In this document: positions 9,962 through 18,974 of the stretch, piece after piece
Layout of the letters: every line of letters begins with the position of its first letter
Position numbering within the stretch: position 1 is the first letter of the stretch
Assembly: GCA_028820405.1 (NCBI GenBank)
Contig: JAPPJI010000021.1
Location: 2,770-66,769, forward strand
Direction: 5' to 3'
Length of the DNA: 64,000 nucleotides
DNA from: Candidatus Kaiserbacteria bacterium
Lineage (GTDB): Bacteria > Patescibacteriota > Minisyncoccia > Phycocordibacterales > JABAAK01
The notes under the pieces: generated by a model
Databases searched by the model: none
Told to the model about the DNA's origin: nothing
What the model saw: only the letters and a program-made list of their open reading frames with translations
Made by a program: the position numbers and the translations under genes

Positions 9962-10558
9962 TTATCGGGAATAATATTCAAAAATTGCCGGTAAGGAAAA
10001 AATGGTCTCACCGATAACCGGCTTGTCGGTAATGGATCCGGACTTTTTCTTCGCATCCCATGATGCCCACGCAACACGAGACGTAACTGCTTTGCCGGTG
10101 AGGATTGCCTGAAAGAGTGAGGTTCGCTCACTTCCTGCACGCACCTGGATAACATCAGCATCACGGACACGGTATGACGGAATGGTCATCTTCCGACCAT
10201 TCACCGTAATGTGACCGTGGGAAACCAATTGTCGGGCCATCCGACGGGTTAACGCGAGACCGAGCTGGTACACAATGTTATCAAGCCGCCGCTCAAGCAC
10301 CTGAACGAGTACATCCTCCGCTTCACCGCTCTTCACTGCTTCACGGGCATAGTTCTTGAGAACCTTCTCTGAAATACCGTAGAGGTATCGCACCTTCTGC
10401 TTCTCAACAAGCTGTCGACCGTACTCTGTCGGACGCCTCCCCCGACTCGGTCGTACGGACCGGTTCTGCTCACGATACACGAACTTCTGCGTTTGGCACT
10501 TCTCAAAGATTGGTGCCTGCAGTCGTCGACTGATTTTATACTTCTTAACTCTTTTCAT
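9962..10558 (-). CDS. rpsD: 30S ribosomal protein S4
   Basis: S4 domain ([30 protein letters not shown]). Confidence 0.95.
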   Translation of the reverse strand: MKRVKKYKISRRLQAPIFEKCQTQKFVYREQNRSVRPSRGRRPTEYGRQLVEKQKVRYLYGISEKVLKNYAREAVKSGEAEDVLVQVLERRLDNIVYQLGLALTRRMARQLVSHGHITVNGRKMTIPSYRVRDADVIQVRAGSERTSLFQAILTGKAVTSRVAWASWDAKKKSGSITDKPVIGETIFSLPAIFEYYSR

Positions 10559-10567
10559 AACTTCTTG

Positions 10568-11005
10568 CTACACGCGACGAGGCTTCCTTCGTCGCGGTCC
10601 GTTATGCGGTACCGGTGTCCGGTCACGTATTGAGTGAATGATAAAGCGACGATTCAGGAATGAACGAATAGCTGACTCCCGTCCGCCCCCAACCCCTTTC
10701 ACAATGATGTCAATGTCTTTAACTCCAATAGCCGCAACCTTCTCTGCAACTGCCTCAGCTACCTTTGCCGCAGCATACGGCGTTGCTTTTTTCGCACTGT
10801 TGAAACCAAGCATACTGCTCGTCACCCACGTAACAACACTGCCGTTTTTCTCCGTGAAGAGAACCTTAGTGTTGTTAAACGTTGATTCGACAAACACAAT
10901 TCCCGATCCCAACTTTTTCTTCGGTATCTTTGAGAGTACGCGGGCACGCTTTCCTGCATCACCCCGCCCTCGCTCCACCTTACTCGCTGTTCGCTTCTTT
11001 CCCAT
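10568..11005 (-). CDS. rpsK: 30S ribosomal protein S11
   Basis: The GIVFVESTFNNT and ITDKTPVPHNGxRxxK pattern is conserved in S11. Confidence 0.95.
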   Translation of the reverse strand: MGKKRTASKVERGRGDAGKRARVLSKIPKKKLGSGIVFVESTFNNTKVLFTEKNGSVVTWVTSSMLGFNSAKKATPYAAAKVAEAVAEKVAAIGVKDIDIIVKGVGGGRESAIRSFLNRRFIIHSIRDRTPVPHNGPRRRKPRRV

Positions 11006-11014
11006 GGTATGTCT

Positions 11015-11395
11015 TTACTTCTTCTGCAGCTTCACGCGTCCTGATCCCATTGTCTTTCGACCACCCTGCCGTTTTGTTCGCGCATTTGTTTTTGTTCGCT
11101 GACCGCGAACCGGAAGTCCGACGCTGTGTCGGTACCCTCGAATAACCTGCAGATCTTTGAGTCGTTTAATATCACCGGCAACAGATCGACGGAGATCTCC
11201 TTCCACAACATACGATTCCACTTTTTTTCGTACAAGCGTCTCCTGCTCTTCTGAAAGATCTTTTGCCATCGTCATCGGTTCAATTGATGCCTCCTTCAAA
11301 ATATCTTCCGCACGTGCACGTCCAATACCATACACTGCGGTCAGTGCAATATTGAGGTGTTTTTCCTCCGGTATGTTTATTCCAACGATACGCAT
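11015..11395 (-). CDS. rpsM: 30S ribosomal protein S13
   Basis: MRIVGINIP...ALTAVYGIG start and RGxRxxTNARTxxGxRK tail. Confidence 0.95.
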   Translation of the reverse strand: MRIVGINIPEEKHLNIALTAVYGIGRARAEDILKEASIEPMTMAKDLSEEQETLVRKKVESYVVEGDLRRSVAGDIKRLKDLQVIRGYRHSVGLPVRGQRTKTNARTKRQGGRKTMGSGRVKLQKK

Positions 11396-11402
11396 AGATA
11401 GG

Positions 11403-11522
11403 TTACTTCTGTCGTCGTTTTCGACGCGGGTTTCTTTTGTTTATGAGATACAAACGACCTTTCCGACGAACAAGTTTATCTCCCTGCTGTTCATTTGCTC
11501 GTATTGAAGTACGTACTTTCAT
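11403..11522 (-). CDS. rpmJ: 50S ribosomal protein L36 (39 aa), apparently Cys-less form
   Basis: [39 protein letters not shown] lies inside the 71-aa ORF. MKVRxSxK start and position between rpsM and infA. There are no zinc-ligand cysteines. Confidence 0.75.
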   Translation of the reverse strand: MKVRTSIRANEQQGDKLVRRKGRLYLINKRNPRRKRRQK

Positions 11523-11550
11523 GGGTTTATTTGCTTTCACCCCTCTTTTT

Positions 11551-11793
11551 CTATAAACGCTTGACGATACGAGCCCGCTCTCCATGCTGGTCAACCACGA
11601 GCGTAACACGGTCACCAACCATGACTTTTATGCGGTTCATTCGCATGCGCCCTGAAAGGTATGAGAGGTAGACGATTTCTTCTTGGTCACCGTCTCCTTC
11701 CACTGCAACACGAAAGAGAGCACTTGGGAGAGCTTCTAAAACGCTCCCAACAACCTCATTTTCCTTGCTCGGTTGTGTTGTGTCCTTAGTCAC
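11551..11793 (-). CDS. infA: translation initiation factor IF-1
   Basis: S1-like OB fold ([20 protein letters not shown]...[18 protein letters not shown]). The likely GTG start is near 11793. The ORF track begins at an upstream TTG. Confidence 0.85.
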   Translation of the reverse strand: MTKDTTQPSKENEVVGSVLEALPSALFRVAVEGDGDQEEIVYLSYLSGRMRMNRIKVMVGDRVTLVVDQHGERARIVKRL

Positions 11794-11868
11794 AGCGGAT
11801 AATTTATCGTACCATAGAAACTCCACGCCACGCAAGACACGTGGCGTGGATAACCTAACTCAATGATT

Positions 11869-14220
11869 CTACTGGCTTGTTCCCGCATCCCCACTCGGGT
11901 TGGTAGACATTTGCTCCTGAATCTGGTTTGTTATTTCTGCAATCTGTTGCTCGAGAGCCGCAAGATCAGCTTGCGTATCCTCTGCCGCAACAACAAATGG
12001 TGCAAGGAAGGTGGTGGTGTCAGTCTCACTGTCAATGTAGACAATTACCTCACCCGTCACCTCTTCCCCTCGTGCTTCCTGGAACCTTCGAACCGCAGCG
12101 TCGGTCGCATCACCAAAGATATTCGTTTCATTTCCTGGAGATCCGGGACCTTCACTCGCAACGAGGAAGTCACCGCCCTGACTGTTGAGGAATCGCTGCA
12201 GGTCTCGCACCGGCTCCATAACAACACCTTTTCGCAAGGTAACCGGGTCACCAGTCGGTGTTGCTAAGACGACTACATCTTGATCTGGGGTGCTGTCCTC
12301 CTCTTCAACTGCTGCTGTATCGTCTTGCACCGGCTCTTCAACGATAAGTTGCGGTGCTGTCGGCTTCGTTGGGTCAACAACCGGCTCACTGCTGCCTGCG
12401 TCTTCTTGATCAACGGGCTGGCTGACAACATCACTGTCCTCGCTATCAGAAACTACCAATTCCGGAGCTGTTGGTTTCACGTCTTCGCTATTCTGGTCAA
12501 CACTTGACTCATCAGGAGTTTCTGAATCTCCGTCAGCCACAGGAATAACAATGGAACTTGCCTGGTCATCAGACGGAAGTTCCGGTGCCTGAATCCGCAG
12601 TACGTCTTCTACCTCACTTTCAATGGTGAAGTCCTTAATCGCAACAGGGTCTCCGCTGTTGATACTAAACGTACAGTCTTCGTAAACTCCGTCATCAAGT
12701 TTTGCCGTTCGTACCTCATGTTTCTCTGATACTGACAACTGGTCTCCGTCTCTCTTGACGACAAACTGACCGCTGCTCAGGAGGCGGTCATTGAAGTGCT
12801 TACACATGCCCGCACCGCCGATGGTAATCGTCGCGATACTCTCTGTCTCATCCCCTGAGAACCAGTGATCAACATCAATAGTAAATGACACCCGTCGCTT
12901 TCGTTCTTCGACAGAAACTTGCTCTATCGGATTACTCAGCAAAACTCCTTCCGGACTGTCAACCGTGAATGTCGGAATATCATGCACTTCTGAAACAGCA
13001 CCTGTGTCATCACGAAGAGCAATACTGCAGTCATAGGAACCGTTGTTCAGCGACAACGCAATGGTAACCGGTCCTGCCGCCACAACCTGGTCTTCAATGG
13101 CACAGCCATCACCGCTCATGGTAAGTATGCCGGGTACGCTTGCGGTAACGGTGTATGAAGGATACTGGTAGGTCACCCCTTCTCCAGACTCCTTGGTGAG
13201 AGATCCTTCGGTGAGCAGCGGCTGTGGTGCAGCTGTCACCACGCCGTCGACAACAGGACCTGTTTCCTCAGCAGCACCCTCCCCTGCCACAGCAGTACTT
13301 ACTGGATCTTCTTGTACAGCAATCGGTGCATCGCTTGCAACAGGAGTGCTGTCATCCTGAACGTCTGTTTCCTCTTCAACGGGACTCGCCTGTCCTTCCG
13401 GTACCACTACCGAATCTTCAACCGGTGCCGTTGGCGTGTCCTCCACAACAGGAACACTCTCATCCTGAGTATCCTCTGCTACCCCTTCAACATCTGGTGT
13501 CACCACTGGTTCAGATGCTACCCCCTCTTCAACAGGCACGACCGGAGTATCGCTCGTAACGGGAGCATCTTCACCTTGTGTGTCTGTTTCTTCTACGACA
13601 GCAGGGATTTCTGTGTCTACGACTGGTGCTGGTGGTGTGTCACTCACATCAGAAGCAGTGTCATCTTCAACTGGCGCGACAGGATCTGGCGTCTCTTCCG
13701 GTGCTGCTACCGGCTCCCCATCTACTGGTGCAGTCACGGGTACCTGCTCTTGTGCTTGCGGATCAGAGATCTGAGCAGCGTGTGTAACCTGCGTAAGTGA
13801 TCCTGATCCAAGCGAGTTTCCGCTCGTGTCAACAATGTCAGTACCGTCACCCGGTGCAGTGTAGGAAATGGTTGTTGCAACACCTTCAGGGAGCGGCTGC
13901 GAGAGCAGCAGTGTCACCGTCTGAGCATGAACAATAACGTGGTTCACCGCAAGACCTTCCTGGTCAGTAGCAAATCCGCCATCCCCGTCAATGTTTCTTG
14001 GGATGAGGGCTTCACTAACGGTAAGCGTAATGATCGATCCGCTCGGATCAACAGCACTGTCGGTAACGGTTAGTCCCACTACTTCCGTCTCCGTTGGGGC
14101 AGGTTGTCCTGCTACGTCCTGTTGCTGTGCACCAACGGTTGCGGGGAAAAGAAATAATAGGGCGATAAGTGCTGGGACAATACCAACACGTGCATATAAC
14201 TGCTTCATATAATTGAACAT
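11869..14220 (-). CDS. secreted, highly acidic Thr/Val/Pro/Glu/Asp-rich low-complexity protein with a C-terminal peptidoglycan-binding (PG_binding_1-like) domain
   Basis: Signal peptide (LIALLFLFPATVGAQQ). About 400 aa of acidic PV/ET/DT low complexity. The C-terminal LRKGVVMEPVRDLQRFLNSQG...GPGSPGNETNIFGDATDAAVRRFQ matches the PG-binding repeat (LxxGxxGxxVxxLQxxL...DGxFGxxTxxAVxxFQ). Confidence 0.7.
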   Translation of the reverse strand: MFNYMKQLYARVGIVPALIALLFLFPATVGAQQQDVAGQPAPTETEVVGLTVTDSAVDPSGSIITLTVSEALIPRNIDGDGGFATDQEGLAVNHVIVHAQTVTLLLSQPLPEGVATTISYTAPGDGTDIVDTSGNSLGSGSLTQVTHAAQISDPQAQEQVPVTAPVDGEPVAAPEETPDPVAPVEDDTASDVSDTPPAPVVDTEIPAVVEETDTQGEDAPVTSDTPVVPVEEGVASEPVVTPDVEGVAEDTQDESVPVVEDTPTAPVEDSVVVPEGQASPVEEETDVQDDSTPVASDAPIAVQEDPVSTAVAGEGAAEETGPVVDGVVTAAPQPLLTEGSLTKESGEGVTYQYPSYTVTASVPGILTMSGDGCAIEDQVVAAGPVTIALSLNNGSYDCSIALRDDTGAVSEVHDIPTFTVDSPEGVLLSNPIEQVSVEERKRRVSFTIDVDHWFSGDETESIATITIGGAGMCKHFNDRLLSSGQFVVKRDGDQLSVSEKHEVRTAKLDDGVYEDCTFSINSGDPVAIKDFTIESEVEDVLRIQAPELPSDDQASSIVIPVADGDSETPDESSVDQNSEDVKPTAPELVVSDSEDSDVVSQPVDQEDAGSSEPVVDPTKPTAPQLIVEEPVQDDTAAVEEEDSTPDQDVVVLATPTGDPVTLRKGVVMEPVRDLQRFLNSQGGDFLVASEGPGSPGNETNIFGDATDAAVRRFQEARGEEVTGEVIVYIDSETDTTTFLAPFVVAAEDTQADLAALEQQIAEITNQIQEQMSTNPSGDAGTSQ

Positions 14221-14227
14221 CGTACAA

Positions 14228-14316
14228 AAATAATAAATAAACGGGCGACACTTTCACACTTACAATGGTATCACACCGCTGTCATTGGTATGAGACTATG
14301 TGGAAATGTCGCCCGT
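14228..14316 (-). terminator. long hairpin followed by a U-rich tract immediately after the trmD stop. Putative intrinsic terminator or regulatory structure.
   Basis: ACGGGCGACA (14241-14250) pairs with TGTCGCCCGT (14307-14316). The pairing extends partially (cttcaca/tgtggaa). The loop is about 40 nt. On the minus strand it is followed by UUUAUUUAUUAUUUUUG. Confidence 0.35.
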
Positions 14317-14949
14317 CTATACTGTTTCTTCCCGATACGTATCTATGTCTTTATGATTGCCGGAGATAAGAACGTCAGGAACGGCATACTCTTTTCCCTC
14401 GTGCACGATGACTTGCGGACGGGTGTATACCGACCCGCCCGCAACCCGCGTTTCTTCACGAGATGATTCATTCCCGAGAACACCGGGAATATGCCGGGAA
14501 ACTGCGTCAATAACGAGCAGTGCGGGGATCTCACCGCCGGTTAGCGTAAAAGAGCCGACGGAAATACGCTCTGCCTCGGCAATGAGGGCTACTCGTTCAT
14601 CAATACCTTCATAGTGACCGCAGAGCAGCACGAGGTGGTCATAAGCTGCATAGGTTTGTGCCCGCTCCTGATTGAACAGATCGCCCCGCGGTGTGAAGAA
14701 TAGTACTGTTTCACGACCAGACCCTTGCACTGCCTTTTCAAGACAGCGCAAAAACGGTTCAGCCCTGAGCACCATACCGGGACCGCCACCATACGGACGA
14801 TCGTCAACCCGTTTTGCCGACTCAGCTTCATCAATCGGATTGAAGTAGTGAACATCAAGCAACCCTTGCTCGGTTGCACGTCCAAGAATAGATGTTTGAA
14901 GGTAGGTCTGACAGATATCCGGGAACAGTGATATGATGCTCACCCGCAT
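14317..14949 (-). CDS. trmD: tRNA (guanine37-N1)-methyltransferase
   Basis: SPOUT knot motifs. YGGGPGMV and the ISGNHKDI-like C-terminus. Confidence 0.9.
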   Translation of the reverse strand: MRVSIISLFPDICQTYLQTSILGRATEQGLLDVHYFNPIDEAESAKRVDDRPYGGGPGMVLRAEPFLRCLEKAVQGSGRETVLFFTPRGDLFNQERAQTYAAYDHLVLLCGHYEGIDERVALIAEAERISVGSFTLTGGEIPALLVIDAVSRHIPGVLGNESSREETRVAGGSVYTRPQVIVHEGKEYAVPDVLISGNHKDIDTYREETV

Positions 14950-14955
14950 AGTCCC

Positions 14956-15228
14956 CTACATTCCTGTTTCTGACTTGTCTGGCTCCTGAATAATAACGCT
15001 GATTTTTGCTTGATTTTGCCCGCCGTATGCGTGCATAACGGTACGAATAGCCGTTGCCATTCGTCCCTGGGATCCGACAACCTTACCCATGTCACCCGGG
15101 TCAACACTCAATGTGAGCTTTACCCCCTGCTTATCAACCTCCTGTTCAACATGTACCTTGTCGGGGTTGTCAACGATTTTTTGAATAATAGTGGTAAGAA
15201 ATTGTGATTCCTCTTTCTCTTGTGTCAT
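14956..15228 (-). CDS. KH-domain RNA-binding protein (YlqC/UPF0109-like)
   Basis: VGKVVGSQGRMATAIRTV KH GxxG-like loop. Location between rpsP and trmD. Confidence 0.7.
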   Translation of the reverse strand: MTQEKEESQFLTTIIQKIVDNPDKVHVEQEVDKQGVKLTLSVDPGDMGKVVGSQGRMATAIRTVMHAYGGQNQAKISVIIQEPDKSETGM

Positions 15229-15254
15229 AGTTTGTGTAGTTCAGCAATAATATT

Positions 15255-15704
15255 TCATCCTTCCTGGGAAGGAGTGGTGGAATCATCAGTTGCAGATTCC
15301 TCTTGTGGCTTGTCGTCTGTGCCCTCTTCAGCGGTCTCAGCCGGTGCTTCTGTCGGCTGCTCACCTTCTGATGCTTCTTGAGACTCGGGAGCTTCTGTCG
15401 TTGCTTCACGTTCCTCCTCATTCTTGACAATCGGCTGCTTCTTAGGAAGTACATTCTGTTTTGTTCCCTCGATAATACCGTTTTGAATCAGAATGTTGTG
15501 GAGCGTATCTGACGGCTTTGCACCGTTTGCGATCCAGTGTTGCACCCGGTCTCCGTTGACTGACGTTTTCTTCCGAACGGTGTCATGAAAGCCGAGTATC
15601 TCAACAGGAACCCCCTTCTTCGCTGCAACAGCTGACTCAACAACAACAACCCGATACGAAGGATCGTTTCTTCTCCCGATACGCTGCAAACGAATTTTCA
15701 ACAT
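15255..15704 (-). CDS. rpsP: 30S ribosomal protein S16 with a ~60-aa acidic E/T/P-rich C-terminal extension
   Basis: MLKIRLQRIGRRNDPSYRVVV S16 signature. The start is at the internal ATG at 15704. Confidence 0.9.
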   Translation of the reverse strand: MLKIRLQRIGRRNDPSYRVVVVESAVAAKKGVPVEILGFHDTVRKKTSVNGDRVQHWIANGAKPSDTLHNILIQNGIIEGTKQNVLPKKQPIVKNEEEREATTEAPESQEASEGEQPTEAPAETAEEGTDDKPQEESATDDSTTPSQEG

Positions 15705-15751
15705 GCTTGTGGTTACGTATGTACCACTGTGCCACGATATCAGGCTGTCTG

Positions 15752-17104
15752 TCAATAGCACTCAAGTTTTTTGAGTCCCTGGTGTGCACGAAGCTTTTCC
15801 AGTGCCCGTGCTTCAATTTGACGAACCCGCTCACGCGTAACTCCCATCTTGTTACCGATTTGCTCAAGGGTATACCGAATACCATCGTCTTGCATGCCGT
15901 GTCGCATCTCAATGACCTCTCGCTCACGGGAAGAAAGGTCTTCGAGAATGTCTTGTATCTGCTCCCGCAAGATGTCGTGAGAGACAATTGTCTCCTGCGT
16001 GTCCTGATCAACATCCTCAATGGTATCAGATATCTTTGTGTTACTCTCCTCATCATCGGAACCGCCGAGAGGCTTCTCAAGCTGCACGACCTCCTGCGTA
16101 ATACGACGAATAGTGTAGATTTTTTCAACCTCAACACCCAACTCATCAGCCACCTCCTGCACCGTCGGCACACGACCGAGGTCCTGTTCCAGTTGCACCA
16201 TCGTTTTCTTATATCGCTGTGCGGTTTCAGACATGTGCACCGGGATTCGAATCGTTCTTGACTTATCCGCCAGTCCCCGCACAATTGACTGTTTGATCCA
16301 CCACGTTGCGTAGGTGGAGAACTTGAATCCCCGCTGCGGCTCAAACTTGTCCACCGCTTTATACAGCCCTTCAACTCCCTCTTGCACGAGGTCAAGCAGG
16401 TTGAGATCACGACTTCGTCCCGCATAGTTCTTGGCAATAGAGACAACGAGACGGAGGTTTGCGGTCGCAAGCCGATGTCGTGCTTCAAGACCTTCTTCGA
16501 CAACGGTTCGCTGTGCTTTCGACAGTGCAGTGGTTTTCTTTTTCTTTTCAAGCAGTTTTTGACGTGCCATGATCTTCTCCCCGAGTTCCTGCTCTTCTGC
16601 AGCACTCAACAGGGCGTACTTTCCGATGTCCCGCAGGTACATTTGAATGGAATCGTACGAAGAGAGGTCTGTTTCCGGGAACCGACTGTCGGTTTTTAGT
16701 TTCTCTTCATGCAAAATGCCGTCACGATGCACGAGATCAATGCAGTTGTTATTGAGTATTTTCTCAATGCAGTCCCACACTTCCTTCTCATTGTCACATT
16801 CACTCGGATTAACGTGTTCAAGGATGATGTCTGACGGAACATAGCCACTCCCCTGACACTGTTTAACAAGATCTTTGATTTTTTTGCGAAACTTGGTCGG
16901 AATCACTGCATACAACTCCTTCTCTCTCTGTGCCGCAAGAATCGCTTCATCAATGTTGTCGTCCTTTTCCGCCGTTTTCTTTTTTGCAACACGCACCGCT
17001 TTCTTTACCTTCTTTTTCATTGTTTTCTTTACCGCCTTCTTCGCCCGTGTCGTCTTCTTTTTTACAGACGTTTTTTTCCGTGCAGTTTTCTTCTTGGCTG
17101 GCAT
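15752..17104 (-). CDS. rpoD: RNA polymerase sigma factor RpoD (sigma-70) with a lysine-rich N-terminal tail
   Basis: Region 2 ([35 protein letters not shown]). Regions 3 and 4 ([21 protein letters not shown]). The N-terminal ~48 aa are K/A/T-rich ([17 protein letters not shown]...). Confidence 0.9.
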   Translation of the reverse strand: MPAKKKTARKKTSVKKKTTRAKKAVKKTMKKKVKKAVRVAKKKTAEKDDNIDEAILAAQREKELYAVIPTKFRKKIKDLVKQCQGSGYVPSDIILEHVNPSECDNEKEVWDCIEKILNNNCIDLVHRDGILHEEKLKTDSRFPETDLSSYDSIQMYLRDIGKYALLSAAEEQELGEKIMARQKLLEKKKKTTALSKAQRTVVEEGLEARHRLATANLRLVVSIAKNYAGRSRDLNLLDLVQEGVEGLYKAVDKFEPQRGFKFSTYATWWIKQSIVRGLADKSRTIRIPVHMSETAQRYKKTMVQLEQDLGRVPTVQEVADELGVEVEKIYTIRRITQEVVQLEKPLGGSDDEESNTKISDTIEDVDQDTQETIVSHDILREQIQDILEDLSSREREVIEMRHGMQDDGIRYTLEQIGNKMGVTRERVRQIEARALEKLRAHQGLKKLECY

Positions 17105-17223
17105 ATGAGAGGTTTGTGCTCCCTACACAAAGTAGTGCAGAATATTGTAGCATGGTTTGAAAAACACGCAACTCGTCCTGGGGACAGGGGCAGATATACC
17201 CTGCTACTGCCTGCTCTCTTCCG

Positions 17224-18897
17224 TTACACCGCGGGTGCTCGGCTTTTTTTCACCTCCTGTCGCTTTCGAGCTTCTTGAAACAACGTACTGATTGATTTGC
17301 GCAGATCTTCTTGCACCCGAGCAGCCCGATCCTGCTTACTCAGATCAGGCATACCTTCCTCATACTTCACCACTGCCTCACTGCGAGAAACAGACGGCAA
17401 GCCCCACACAGCACATATCGTCCGCAGTGCATCCTTCTGATCTTTCTCAACTGATCCTGTCGTGCCGAGAAATGCTTGGGCACTGGCAACGATGCGCAGG
17501 TGTTTGTCGATCTTGCCGAGTTGATGTTTCGATGCAGCAGGAGTCTGGCAGACCGGAGCCGGCGTGTTCTGTATGTCAGATCGCAGTTGTTCAACCATTT
17601 CAGCCACCGCGGTGTCGGATACCCCGCAAAATGATGCCGCTTCTTTCTGCAGGTGGTCACGGGTCACGGGATTTTGCACCTTTGCAATGAGGGGAGCAAA
17701 CTGCGTCAGCACACCGCGAACCCGGTCAGCGGTATCACCGCTTGCAACCTGTGTATCAATACAATCGGTGACAAATGAAGCGACTGATTTAGCACCCCGA
17801 AACCGTGTCCGAAACTCCTCGGGATCGGCAGCAATCATATCCGCCGGATCTTTCCCGTCCGGCAGCACGACCACCTTGATATTGGTTGCATCAACACCGA
17901 TCGTAATTGCCATTTCAATCACCCGAAGTGTCGCCCGCTTCCCTGCACCGTCACCGTCGAGGGCAAGAATGAGACGGCCGCCCGAGAGTCGCTGCATTGT
18001 TTCGAGATGTTCGGTGGTAACGGCGGTTCCGGATGTTGCAACGGTCATCGGATACCCGGCCTGGTGCATGAGGATAGCATCAACCGGTCCTTCGGTGAGG
18101 ACAACGACACTTTGGCGACGAATTTCCTGTTTTGCACGATGCAATCCGTACAGAAACGTTGATTTGTTGAACAGCGGCGGCTGCATGGTCTCCGGCGAGT
18201 TGATGTACTTCGCCGTTTCTTTTTCACCGTATGCCCGCCCGGAAAATCCGATGATACGATTATTATCATGGAACGGAAACAGAACCCGTCCCCGGAAAAA
18301 GTCAAAGTGACGACCTCTCCTTTGTACGCAAAGACCTGCTTTGACATACTGTTCAAGTTCCTTTTTCGTCCGATTCTCAGTCACAGTCCGCCACGAATCC
18401 GGTGCAAACCCGATGCCCCACGCAGTAATTGACGCTTCACTGATACCGCGCCCGGTGAGGTACGATCGAACGTCATCGGTGAGCAGTTCCTGATAGAGTG
18501 AGGCGGTTGACGCAAGGATGTCATACAGACTATCCGTGTCATTCCGGCGTCTCGTCGGATGATTACCAAGTTCAATGCCTGCCTGCTGCGCAAGGATAGC
18601 GAGAGCTCCCTTGAAATCAACCCCTTCAACTTCCTGCACAAAGGAAAAGATATCTCCCCCTTTTTGTGATGAGAAGCAGTAGTACACGCCGTCTTCCGGA
18701 TCAACGTAAAAAGAGGGGGTTTTTTCGTTCGTAAAAGGAGAGAGCCCCTTCATTCGTTTACCAGAGGGAACGAGATTGGTGTATGGAGAAATGACGTCAA
18801 CGATATCAATGACCTCCTTTATTTGTCGCACCTCGTCACCTCGAGCGGCGTGAGGGCGTTGTGAGGCACACATCAATTGCATCGTATCCCAAAGCAA
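17224..18897 (-). CDS. dnaG: DNA primase
   Basis: N-terminal zinc-ribbon-like region and Toprim domain (LTEGPVDAILMHQAGY...LALDGDGAG). dnaG-rpoD operon order. Confidence 0.85.
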   Translation of the reverse strand: MLWDTMQLMCASQRPHAARGDEVRQIKEVIDIVDVISPYTNLVPSGKRMKGLSPFTNEKTPSFYVDPEDGVYYCFSSQKGGDIFSFVQEVEGVDFKGALAILAQQAGIELGNHPTRRRNDTDSLYDILASTASLYQELLTDDVRSYLTGRGISEASITAWGIGFAPDSWRTVTENRTKKELEQYVKAGLCVQRRGRHFDFFRGRVLFPFHDNNRIIGFSGRAYGEKETAKYINSPETMQPPLFNKSTFLYGLHRAKQEIRRQSVVVLTEGPVDAILMHQAGYPMTVATSGTAVTTEHLETMQRLSGGRLILALDGDGAGKRATLRVIEMAITIGVDATNIKVVVLPDGKDPADMIAADPEEFRTRFRGAKSVASFVTDCIDTQVASGDTADRVRGVLTQFAPLIAKVQNPVTRDHLQKEAASFCGVSDTAVAEMVEQLRSDIQNTPAPVCQTPAASKHQLGKIDKHLRIVASAQAFLGTTGSVEKDQKDALRTICAVWGLPSVSRSEAVVKYEEGMPDLSKQDRAARVQEDLRKSISTLFQEARKRQEVKKSRAPAV

Positions 18898-18962
18898 TCA
18901 AGAGATATATCCTGTCATATGTGCACTTTGTGGATAGTGTGGAAAACCTCAGACCTGCTCCC

Positions 18963-18974
18963 CTCACCCCCTAA
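18963..18974. repeat. left copy of a ~12-bp imperfect direct repeat (CTCACCCCCTAA) flanking the AT-rich island
   Basis: Seen in the sequence. The right copy CTCACCCCCCTA lies at 22641-22652. Each copy overlaps the stop codon of a minus-strand gene (KAP NTPase, rpoC). Confidence 0.3.

Noticed and set aside
12200-13800. Repetitive DNA that might be mistaken for a CRISPR array or tandem repeat element
   Set aside because: There are no regularly spaced identical repeats. The periodicity reflects low-complexity PV/ET/DT coding sequence of the acidic surface protein. No cas genes are present.
15637-16605. 322-aa minus-strand ORF overlapping rpoD in another frame
   Set aside because: Shadow ORF within the strongly supported sigma-70 gene. 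Arg/Cys/Ser-rich, no motifs.
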